Origin: Lingula anatina
Lineage: Eukaryota; Animalia; Brachiopoda
DNA length: 64,000 nucleotides
Assembly: GCA_051362555.1 (NCBI GenBank)
Contig: CM120647.1
Span: forward strand, 6,944,001-7,008,000
Direction: 5' to 3'
A program made the position numbers and the translations under genes. The notes under the pieces were generated by a model that worked only from the letters and a program-made list of their open reading frames with translations, was not told the origin of the DNA and searched no databases. Shown here piece after piece: positions 12,470 to 24,800 of this stretch (position 1 is the stretch's first letter; every line of letters begins with the position of its first letter).

Positions 12470-15400
12470 CTTCTTATATGGCGCCTTACGTGCTACAATA
12501 TTTAAATCTAAAACACTCATTGGAAACCATTTAAAATTAACACTACAAAAAACATTATTAATATGTATTTAAAAAAACCTACCCCTGTAAGAGATATAGA
12601 CAGATTTAAAATGTGAGTTTTAAGAAGGGATTTAAAACTGTCAAAGTCGTCTGCTTTTCTAATAAAATTAGTAAAGAGAGAACTGGCAAACGAACCTTCT
12701 CTCCCCCCCCCCGCCATAAAAAAAAGGTTTTCTGTTAAAAAAATGAAACAAAATCACTGAAATTTTGCATCCTTGGCCTCACATTTTACATGTAAACTGA
12801 AATTGTTTTCGTCTACTCTTTTTTATTTCCCAACACATATATCCATCCATGTCCCCCCCTCCCCACTGAATCCCTGATCCATATACTCACGCGCTTTACA
12901 GAGGACAGAGGCATCCACATTGGATGTTTCTGAGCAGTACGTGGTACTTGGGTACCCTATTGACCCATGAGAACAGGCATCCAACCGACTCTCTGTACCG
13001 GCGCAGTTAAATTGGTCTGGAAATCAATATCGTACACTAACATTACTGTTATTCACTTACTTGGGGGAGGGGGGGGGAGGAGTATTAGAGGCATATGGAC
13101 AATAAATGGATGGGATAAGTAGTCATCTCTCACCCTCAAATACATAATCAAATATTTTTATATCATGAATTATTTATTAAAAGGTGCTTATATTCTATAA
13201 TTCTAATAAATATCAAGCCTTTGAAATTTAAAGTAAACAAAGAATATAAATGGTTAAGCTACATGTGAATGACTTTCCGTATGTCTGACTGTTACATAGG
13301 CAATGACAAATACCCCCCCCCCCCCCCCCCCCCCCGCAGAGAGACTGGACACTAAACAGATAGACTGACACACAATACCTAGAAGCACCCTCGAAGTCCC
13401 CCTCGGTGTCCAACTTGTGAGGGATCCGACTATCCCACTGAAACCAAGCTGTCTGCAGGTCACTACGGCGTCACTCAGCGACCACCCGTTAGTACACACT
13501 CTCCCCCAGTTTCCTGCGTAGAATATCTCAACTCGGCCCATATATTGGGAGGGACCGACCAATCTGACATCTCCGTCATTGGCTGTTGGTAAAACAAATA
13601 ACTAGTGCAGTACAGCATTACAAAAAACGCTTCCTGACGTTACAATTTTTTACCCTATGTACAACATTGTACAGATTCATTTTTGTTTACAGTCTATGGT
13701 GTAAATTAGTTAAATACGAAACATTGTTTTCAAATACAAAGAAGTTTTCAAACAAATCACCTTGAGGACACATCAGTCATTATCTTTTGCAAAGACCGTT
13801 ACGAAATACTATATGAAGATTTACATACGTCGTCCACAAAAATATAATAATCATATACATAATCACATTAAATGATTCTGAAATAGAACCCGGAATTCAA
13901 AATGCTCAAACTTGTTCTCCAACTTGTCCCTGTTTGACAACCCTGTTTTCAAAATCCTTTTTTTTTTTTACAAAAGGTCTGAAATTTATTTAACGGCATA
14001 TTTTGTCACCTTAGTACGCAATTTGAATGAACTGAATTGCGTTTTTCAAAATATCTTAACGGCCACCAACGTCTTTTTAGTTAAGTTTTATTCAACACAA
14101 TAATATGGTCGGCTAATTCCAATCATTTTTGAAAAGCTGTCTATATGAGTTAAGACAGCATGAGATTTGATATTTCTTTGTGAAGCGGAATCGGCTTGAG
14201 CCCCGAATGAATATCTACTCACGCCCTTTACACAGAACGCCGGCGTCATGTAATGAGGTCTCGTCACAATACTGTGGGTTTATTTCTCCAACGCCGTCAT
14301 GGTAGCAATCTGATAGGGACGCCTCGGATCCCTGGCAATTCAAATTCTGAATCCAGTATCGCCCTGGTGTTTGAAAAGAATACCATCAATTGCTGTCTTT
14401 CACATTGATCTTATCGTGTAAAGCCTAACTATAATATTTTTTCATGCCATGTAGTGATCCAGGTATGTATTATAAAACAACAAAATATGATATGAACAAA
14501 ATCAGAATGTAGATTATAAATACAAATTTAAAGGAAACAAAGAAATATGCACACATATAAAATAAATAAATCGACGAATATAAATTAATTTAAATGTCCC
14601 ATCATTTTTATTTATTTATTTATTTGTAAATTACTTATTTATTTATTTATTTGTAAAATAAAAATACTAAGACTTTCCAACCATGTTATATTCTACTGAA
14701 ATCCATCTATGGAACTAATATTATAATGACAACAGTTTGGTAAGAGATTTATCCATTTATCTTGAAAAGCCTACATCGTCTATTCCAGTGGTTACCTATG
14801 AACTGCTGTAAACTGAACGACCAAAGGAAATTTATTGTATGTAAATTTTGAAAACTCACCTGACCCCCGCGTTGACATATTTGATATCGGTGTATGGGCT
14901 CCGGTAAAACCAAGCTGCTTGCACGCTACGTTGGCACTTGTAAGATCCCACCCGTAGCCACAAACCCTCCCCCATCTTCCACCATATTGTATTTCCAAGC
15001 TACCTTCGTACGCATTTGACGTGTTAACTAGACGCAAGTCCCCATCGCCCGCTGAAAGCACGGAAACAAAATTTAAAACAGATTAGACATTGTAAGTTCT
15101 CAAATTCTACATGTATGAAGGAAAAACGGACGCTTATACATTACTATAATGTTAACTGATTGCCACCCTAAATATTCATCACTCATTTTGATGTGTTTTT
15201 AAACAACCCATCTGACTAATATGCAAGACCAACATTCAGATCTGTGATGCAATGGTTTTTTACGAGACTCTGAATACCACTTAAATCTCGCCTTACTAAA
15301 GTTTGGAAAGGTGTCCTAGGAAAAGCTGAGAGGTTGAAGACACAGGTGTAGTTGTGACTCAGTGTATTTTGAATTATGGACCACTGGATCGAGTAACTAA

Positions 15401-17009
15401 GGACGGATTCATGTCTTTATCTTTCTAAGAGACTTGGATTAAGAGAAAAAAATGGATATCTCAATAGGAAGGGGTAAAAATCACTTCAACCAAACGTAAG
15501 ACACTTTGGTCTGACTACATCGAAAGAAGCGCTGTCGCGATGTTGAGGCTCGCTGAAGATAAGGTGGAAAATGAAAGCTGTATCACACATGTTGCTGCTT
15601 TTATTTACAGGTACATCTCCTTTAAAATGGCACCGTATTTTCAGGTACGTACGTGCTTTGCAGATGACCCCAGCGTCGTCGTAGTCATTGATTCCACATG
15701 CAGAGTTGATGTTGCCCCAACCTCCAGACGTGCAGTTGTTCAAAGCGTCTTCCGTGCCAGCGCAGTGCACATCGGACAGCCAAAATGCCCCTGTTCCTCT
15801 CGGATTATGGTTGACATGTCCTGTTGACAGATAAAAAGTATGACTTTAAGCATTACTATTTTAGAACATAAAAATGCTAGACGCTCGTCATAAGGAAAGG
15901 AGACAAAATTAGATTCCCTGGTACATGACTGTATTTAAAAAAAAAAAATTCCGGTGGATTTAGGGAAAAAGGACATGCCCCCCTATTTTTTTCTAAAATT
16001 ATTTTCTAACCTACCCATTTAAGCGGAGACAATGTATCTCACAATTTTTCTTAAGCAGAAGATATGGCTCCAAGTGATAAGATAAACTTCCATTTAAATT
16101 AATAATAATAATAATAATAATAATTTCTTTTATTAAATAACAAAAACAGAATTAAAATGAAAAGAAATCTTGATACCAGCGTGGGCGTCTTCGAAGCCTA
16201 ATTGCCCGCAAACAACTTTGGCGTCGTCAAGTCCATACCCCTCCTCACACACCCTCCGCCACTCTCCATTATGGTATATCTCTACACGGCCTTGGTATTG
16301 TGTGTCTCCATCTTGAAGGCGAACGTCTCCATCGGCTTGTAAAAAAGAAACAAAAAGAAATTAATGAAAAAGAAAAGAAAAACTGCGGTACAGCTGTCTT
16401 CCATGTATTAGCCCCTTACTACTTGATTGATGACAAAGAAAACTTATCGGAACCTTGAATGTATGGCACTGGTGATTGGATTCTTTGCTGACTTATCACC
16501 TTTACTGTTTTAGTTCAGAAAGCTTTTTTTCAGTCATTATCAATTTCGTTTTTTAGCAAAGACCACTGATTCCGATACAGTTTGTCCTTTTTAGCAGTGA
16601 TTAACCGTATCAAAACGGTAGCCGTTATGTACGTGGTGGCCACGTGTAAACATCCCAATTCAAACACTGTTATTATTTCCCCTAAGGCTATAGAACTACA
16701 CTACTATATATAGGTCCATAACGTTTACTCTTACAATAATTAAGGTCAATTTAAATTTCTTCCCGAATGTGATACGAATTTTGAAAATTCTTCATTCCGG
16801 CTCATTCTGCTTGATTTCTGCTGGACTTATGTGAGATCCTGCGCAAAATACCTCCGCTTGTGACCGAGGCTTTATTTTAGAATTAACCTCTGCGTCGACT
16901 TGTAATTGAAGCTGGATAAAACCTGTGTCTACTTACTTTGACCTTGAATGCCCCCTGGAATCCATGTAATGACCAATATAATAAGGGAAATTGTGTTCAG
17001 TCGCCTCAT
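10750..17009 (-). CDS. SRCR scavenger-receptor gene A (signal peptide + 3.5 group-A SRCR domains; 3' end not found)
   Basis: GT-AG exons: 17009-16937 (MRRLNTISLIILVITWIPGGIQGQ), 16335-16177, 15820-15653, 15051-14860, 14363-14223, 13582-13379, 13016-12891, 10920-10750. All open, with VRL..G...GRVE...WxRVC...VVCRQLG / C.G.E..L..C...DAGV.C motifs. Confidence 0.85.
11013..11249. mobile_element. PIF/Harbinger-type MITE
   Basis: TIR AGCCTAGGTCCCAAC / GTTGGGACTTAGGCT, TTA TSD on both sides. Confidence 0.75.
11773..12094. mobile_element. Composite Harbinger-type MITE nested in a related element starting ~11682
   Basis: Partial copy plus inverted full copy of the 11013 MITE, giving ~75-bp inverted arms; TTA TSD. 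The host element begins AGCCTCGGTCACAACC, as at ~2547 and ~53709. Confidence 0.7.
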
Positions 17010-18458
17010 CTTCACCTCAGCCAGGTAAATCTTACTCCGGTCGACTGCATGCATCTGCGCATGACAATGTTTTTGATTCTGCGTTGTAGCCTCCACGGTA
17101 ACGATCCATATACTGATAAGCGGGCAATCTTTTGTTGTATTTCTAACAAAAAGCCTGAGTTTTTAAGCCCTACCTTATTTAGCATACATGTCTGTTTGCT
17201 GATATTATTTGAGGAAGGTCGTGTTTTGTTGTCTTTCACGTGAAACGCTTCTGCTATTCATGTCACTTCTTTTATTCCATCATGCATTTTTTCGTTTGCT
17301 TTTGTGCTTGCATCTTTTTTATTGATTGAGTTATGCTTGGAAAAGCGTCTGTTGTGTGTGTGTGTGTGTGACGATGTGTGTACTAAAGATTAAAAAAGAG
17401 AGAATGAATGACGCAAGCCAGCGATTTAAACTTTTCTTATAAAAATATTATTTCATTTAATCCTTCACGGGCCTCAATAATCCCTCACGGGCCTCAACAT
17501 GTATACTGTAAATTGAGTATTAAACCAATAAAGAAAGAAAAAGACTATGCGAATTCGCAAAGAAATAGAATACGTTGGATCACCAAACACAGTATTTCAT
17601 GATAAAATAGATTAAAGTTATGAGTATATACCCGGTAAATGTGCTAGTAAACACCGCGCCACGCATGTTAAAAGCACATGGGCCGTGCATTTAAACGCAC
17701 CACAGAGTGAAAAGTCTTAATGATATTGAAGATAGTGTGATTAAAATTATCTTACTTTATTGACACCACGCTTTATCACGTCTTAAATGCAGTAGCATAA
17801 TTATAAGAACTAAAAACCACAAATATAATATTAAAGCCGAACGAAGTAAATAAAAAAAAAAAATAAATAAAAGAGATTTAAGTTCTTCATAATATTTTGA
17901 AAATGAAACAAATTTAACATTGTTAAGAAAGACGATGCTTTGATCAATCCTGTATTCTCGAAAAATCTGTGACTATAAACATCTCAGTGTACTGTATTTT
18001 TTTTTCGTTTGATTGCACAATGCTCCTCGACACACCCTATAACAATACAGGTCGTTTCACAAACAATACACTGCAATTTATAATTGTACATGGGAGTAAA
18101 TAGACTGCAGCCTACACTGTGCTCCTACATGTCCACACAGACTGCCGCATGATTGTCACATGACAAGTAACGGGAATCTCACAAGAAAATCACGAGAGTT
18201 TATTTGAAAGTTTAATAAAAGCAACTGCCCCCTTTTGATTGTAGCAAGATTGAAAATACAGACTGATATTTCTCTTTTCCATATATTTATTACTGAAAAA
18301 GCTGAATTACCATAAAAAGCTGTGCCTAATATCCCCCACATACATGTCGTAAAGAGCACCGAAATGCAAGTCAGAGGCATAAACATGAAAGGGCAACAAT
18401 TTAAAGATCATGTAAGTCATTGTTATTGTATTGGTGTCTTTTCGGGTTAAATGAGATA

Positions 18459-18489
<31 letters not shown>

Positions 18490-19957
18490 AGAATATATCT
18501 GATTTTCAAGAGGATAACACGAACAACTAGTTTGGAGAGGCATCTTTTTCAGATAACGTTTCTTTGATGCTCGAAAGACATGAGCTCGGGGTATTATTCG
18601 TTGTGTTAGTAGCCTTGTTTTTGATCTTTATCCGTTTTATAGCAACTGGCTAACTAAATCACGAAATGCGCTGTCCGTAGTTCCCTTTGATTGTGGCAGT
18701 TGCACTGTTTGCTAGTTGCGACCTGCTTTGTGTGGGTACATGTAGCTATAGGTGTCAAGAGACCAGTACCGGATACAGGTAAGATTGTTATACATATTAC
18801 ATACATGTGTAAATTAGATGTTAATAACGGTAATGTTCAATAGCGGCGCTATTAATTCACTCTCTCCCTCTGCGTGTATTTGTAGTTCTTGACAACTTTC
18901 TAAGATTTTGCTACACTTTAGGTTTAAAGAACATCGGATGCATCCTTCATTTAATTGGAATTGAAACCTTTTCATTGTCAAATGTGAAAATAGTTTCATT
19001 GGATCTTAGTTTTGATAGTCAGAAGATTTTCATTTATGATAGATCCAGAAATTTTGATTTACCTGTCAACTGTTTCGTCTGTTCGTTAAGTTAAAGTGTC
19101 ATGATTGTCTTTTATTTCACTTGGGCTTGAATATATCAATAAATACGTTTCCATTGCCCTTCGTTCATTATCATCATTCGAATTTACTTAAAAGAATGGA
19201 AAGAACCTTACTTTTCCACTTCCACATTTTCAAAGTATTCTGAGCAGGAGGTGTTTCGCACATTCGGCCCTTTCACCTGCTGTTAATGAACTCAAATTCT
19301 ATGTATAACTCTGCAATAAATACACAATCATTTTATTGTCTGAAGAGCTTGAAACAGACGAAAATGTTTTTGACGGATAATTAACCATTCCAATCATTAT
19401 GTGACTTATTTTGTCTTTTAATATATATATATGCTATCTATTGACCCCACAATATGACTATTCAGGGACGGATCCAGGATTATTTGAAGTGGTGGTGGTG
19501 GTGGTGGTGGGGGGGGGGGGGGGGGGGGAGGAATATTAGGCCGCGGAAGAGAAGCCGCCCTCCACCCCCCACCAACCCGCACTTTGGCGTGGGATTCGGG
19601 GCCCGCTGAAGTGCCCCGAAATTTTTTTGTATTTTATTGTATGGCTGACGGTGCCATTTGGTACGGTTTTGAATTATGATTCAGTTAGTTAAAATTCTAA
19701 TTTCAAGAGGGGATCATTGGTGTGATTTTCTTTCAGAAATCGAAGAGGGGTTCAGGACCCCCCCCCCCCCCCCCCGCGCTACTGCTATTACGGTTTAAAT
19801 TTATATTTATTAATCTATTTATTTGCAAATAAATTTGTAAGTCCCTTATATATTTTAAACTAAGCTACAGTGTAGCTATGCTCCACACAAAACGTAATTC
19901 TCATGTTCTTCCCACAGGCTACATATATATGTGGATAAATACTAGTAATACATGTAC

Positions 19958-20123
19958 CAGGCCTGTAGCCAGCAATTTCAAAAGGGGGGTTCTTTTTCTG
20001 AAAAAGTGGACCTTTTCCATAAAAAATTCATGTACCTAGATCAAATTTTACCCAGAGTGGACCTTTTCAGCGAAAGGGGCGGTTCTTTCGAACCCCCCCG
20101 AACCCCCCCTGGCTACGGGCCTG
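19958..20123. mobile_element. Short MITE with CAGGCC(T/C)GTAGCCAG TIRs
   Basis: caggcctgtagccag ... ctggctacgggcctg. Confidence 0.55.
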
Positions 20124-20558
20124 AATACTTTTCATGCCCCTAAAATAAGGATTGAGTTAAATAAAAATCAGTCTGTCCAGTTTTGTCGATGAGTATTTTA
20201 TTTATTAATTTCCGAATAAACACTTAATTTACTTGTCGCAGTTCTTATTATCTCGATAATTTCGTTGTAATGTTGCAGCAATATTTTCTGTGAACTCTCA
20301 GAGGTCAATCATGACGTCTTTTCAAGTCCAAGTCGTATAATTATAACACAAAAATCGATATATAAAAAAAAAAAAACAACTGGATAAGCAACATCACATA
20401 TGTCATTTTTAATCAGTTACATGCTTCGGTTCAACGTGTTAAAGTGTTAAGTCACAAAAAATATCATGTTTTGCGTGGATACAATTTTGGCTTTAAGTAC
20501 GTAGCTTACATGAGGTCGAATGACACCGCCTTTGAAAATGGGTCATGGACTTCAATAT

Positions 20559-21185
20559 CAGGCCTACCCAACTACCAGACGCGGCACCTACGGATCCTGA
20601 ATAAACCGGTATATCACACCACACTGTCCGTTTTCAAGGTGTGTGTCAGATCGCATTACGGAGTATCATACCCCATCACAAATTGTGTAGGCCTTCCTGT
20701 CATCCGGGTATCGCGCCTCGTTCTCGTCAAGTAGGAGTCGTATGAATACAACAACATGGCGACAGGCGACTCCCTCAATCTCGTCCATCCCGCTAGCCAT
20801 GAAAATATTTAACCCCCGACAGAATATGCTTCCGCTATCAAAATTAGGTCTACTTTTCTAAATTAATATATAAGTTTGCAAGTTCTTATTTACAAAACAT
20901 CATTGGCTATGTTCGAACCTAAATTTTATGTTAAAAAATTGCGGTATTGTCAGATTTTTAGCATAAACAAGGAAAATTGCAGCAGCGCATGAATCTAGAT
21001 GAGATGCACTACTTGCCAACCCCGCTTAGGCTCATCGCTATCACATCGCGCGCCATGCAAAATGGGTGAAGTGGCTGATACTCTGTAATGCGATCTGACA
21101 CACACCTTGAAAACGGGTAGTGTGGTCTGATATACCGGTTTATTCAGGATCCGTAGGTGCCGCGTCTGGTAGTTGGGTAGGCCTG
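20559..21185. mobile_element. 627-bp non-autonomous DNA transposon with ~110-bp TIRs
   Basis: CAGGCCTACCCAACTACCAGACGCGG... at 20559-20668 inverted at 21076-21185 with few mismatches; flanked by AATAT on both sides. Confidence 0.85.
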
Positions 21186-21872
21186 AATATTATTGCATGA
21201 GATTTTGCACAAATAAACCATCTATTGTTTATCCAATGATGCCCAAAGGCAAGTGGTTTCTTCAAAGAATAACTACGAAAAGCGTTATAATCTTGAAATT
21301 CATTTATTTTATCTCAAATGAGTTATATTTCGGATATCTGTTAATTCCTATGCACGATGGTGGAAGTGACCGTCCTGTGCTAGTTACCCTAACTTATCCT
21401 TGCAAAATCGAGCCTCCAATATTCCTCGCAAACTGCGCTTTATTCACAGCCTCCCAAAGAGGTATTAAAATTTATGTCATTCGCATAATTAAGCCAATGC
21501 GCAACAGAGTATCTTCACAATTCCATTCGCAAGTGGACATTTTGGTTTTTCAATAGACCTCCCACCTCACTCTTTCAGCAATTTTGACCTATAATTCAGT
21601 GAAGTTTAGTTTACCTTTTGAGTTTCTCTAAAGTACGGTCAATAGTCTTTGAGAAGTATTCTTTACGTGACCCACATTATGCTCCGGTATTGTTCAGTGC
21701 GGTACAATATCAAAGCGAACAAGTGGCCATTTTGTTGCAAAGCGTGCTGATATCGGAGGTGTGTTCTCCATATATATCGATCGTTACGCTCCCTTACAAC
21801 GCAGCTTTAAAAAGGTGTCATGCGCAGATGCATGCCATCGAAAGGAGTAAGATTTACCTGGCTGAGGTGAAG

Positions 21873-24800
21873 ATGTGGCGATTGAACATCCAGTAGTAAT
21901 AAAAACCCGGCAGCCTTACTAAAAAAGTGGCAGAGCTATTAAAAAACGCCATAGTAAAGTGGCAGAGCTATTAAAAAATGTGACAGGGCAATTATTTTAT
22001 TTATTTGTTTGTTTATTTATGAAAAAGATGCTTATATTCGTTGAAATGGTAGGTGTATACATAAAATTTGAAAGGATATGCGTTTGTTTTAGTTTTTCAT
22101 TGAATTGGATGAACAAAAAGACGTGCATTCGTTATTATTGATCCAAAAAAGACAGATGGCATTGCACGCGACTTAGTTGAACGCACCTCACAAAGTGTAA
22201 ACAAACAATATTCCGCTTATGGTCAGCTGAGACTAGTGTAATATTCACAAAGAGAGGTATGCAGGCCAAATACTTAGAGTATTGTGATAGTGTGTGGTTC
22301 GCAAACACTTAGTACAGTAGACTGAATCTGCCTTTTACGGTATTTCAATATAGTTGAGTGTAAAGCGGCCAGTATTAAATGAATGACACTGTTTTAATCT
22401 AAGCCAGGTAGTATCGTAGTAAAGCTCTATTCCTTTCTCGTGAACCAACTGTTGTAGTCTTCTATTTGTACTTAAACGCCGCATCAAATACTTTTGAATT
22501 CTCTAAACCCCTCCAACCTTTTATTCCTAAATGATCGCCTTGGTTTACACAAGCAAATCAATAATGCAGGCGACCAGTGTAAACAATCTGTTTAGATTTG
22601 GGCCTTTTGTAGCCACAACTATCACTTCACAACATTTTTTCAATCCAAAGCTAAACATTGGAGTACTCTTCTCTTCCTTTTTTAAAATAATATAAGTATA
22701 TTTCTCTTTCAAGTCAAAATTTCTCAGCATTTTCCCGACGCAATGCTACTCATTGCTGTATTTTTTTTCTGACCATCTTTAATCATCACTTGTTCTTTAA
22801 AGTTAAACAGTGCAGCATTTTTTCTGTCCATCTTTGAACATAAGTGTTTTCCTTGTTAAATTTAAAGTTTAAATTTAAATACATCTTTAAAATTATTCTG
22901 CGTTAAAAGTATAATACCCATGCTTACGGCTATTCTGCCTTCTTCAGGGACAAAGATGTAACTTATGATTCTTATTTATAAGATCTATGCGCCGATTTAT
23001 GATTTGCATTGTCTAATCTGAAGAATAGGGTCATATGTAGAAGTATTTTTTCTCCTTAATATAAGAAACAACAGTTATTGCGTCTGTTTAAAGTTAAACA
23101 GTGCGGTATTTTTTCCTGTTTGACTGTGAAAATTAGTGTTTCCTTGTAAAAATGAAACACCAACATAATATGCAGAAGTATTTTTACCTTTAGTATAAGA
23201 ATCAGCAGATTTTTTTTTTTCTGATTCAAGTTCAACTTTTTTCTGTTCATCTTTGAAAATCAGAAAATGAACCGATGAAAATGTATCACAAGAGATTTTC
23301 TACACAAGATCGCGTTAAAACAGTGTAGTTTTTGTCTGCTTAGTCATGTTATAGAACCATAAATTCAAGAAAACACATGTCATATGGATGAAATGTACTT
23401 TTATTAGTATACAATCTCTAATCACACGGTGGTAAAAATGACAAACTCTGTCATTGTTTCATTGAACATCACATCTAATGCGTTAAATATTGTTTAGTAT
23501 TTGAATTGACTTTATATTATACAATTCTTATCAAGGTAGGTATTTACACAGGAGGAGTAATGTAATAAGCTTTTACGTCTTGCTTTTCAAACACGCCTCC
23601 TCTGCACAACATTATATTGGATTAACAGCTAGGCAAAATAAGTTTGTTAAGGTAGTGACAGGGGTGAATAATGTACAATCAAATGTCTAAAGGTTGTCTT
23701 CGAATAATGTGCAACAGAAATATGTTCTTCCTTAAAATTCTGTTAAATGAACAGCCAAAAATAAGTTTTTCCTTGTCAAGTGAAAAAATGTACACTTAAA
23801 CGTCTAAAGGTGCAGTGGACACACCGTCTTCTAAAACTTTACGTTTACAATAATAATAACTGAATGCATCTTTTTGCTGTACATATGAATACATGCTATT
23901 TTTTAACAACCTTATGCCTCTATTCTCACCACTTCCACTCTTTCTATTCAGCAGTACATCTAAATACTTAGTTTCATCTATGTCATTGTTGTTTCTATTA
24001 ACACCTTTACAGCTAAATTTCGGCTTTGTTTCTCCCCCAAAACAATAATATGTCTTACTACAAAGGCCAACGATACCGTCGCCAATCCACTCGGCTTTAA
24101 ATAACCCCGGCGTTCTTTTATCATAGGCCTCGTTTTCTGGTGTATCAGTGCGAGGAAACCAAATATGTTTTTCAGCTTCGTACTGCTTACGCATATCGGG
24201 TTTTATCACGGCTTCCAAGCTATCTGCCGAAAAAGCAATGTAGGCGGAATCTGTGTCCATTTCACAATATTGGAAGTCGGACGGATCCACGAACTTAAGC
24301 ATGAAATCATAATAAAATTCCAACATGCGCAGCTTGGCATACTGATACACCATGACCCCGATTTGAATGGGTAAATCGTATTTGATGACTTTTTTGTTTA
24401 GTTCGATCTCATACGTGTCGTCAGTGATTTGATCTAAGCGCCGAAAGCGGGGGTTGTTCACTTTACGAGAGGCCTTAGCTTCACCGCAATATTCCACATC
24501 ACGGTGTTTTTCTTTATTGGTTACTGTTTTACCGTACCCCGAATTACCAATGAGCTTCATGGTATCGGCTACGATGGCCTTTGTTTTATCTTTGTCCCCC
24601 TCTCTGCGAGCATCGCTCACCGCGTTACCAAAATGCTGGAAGCAGGCTTTGGGCGTGTACTCGACTACCTGGTAGATGTAAGAGACGCGAAGACCGTGCT
24701 TCACATACCATTTCAAGAGGGGAGTAGCCAATAAAATTTTTTCACCGAAAAAACTGCCTATAAGCGATTTTCTAGGAGCACTCATAATGCCGTTTTCTTC

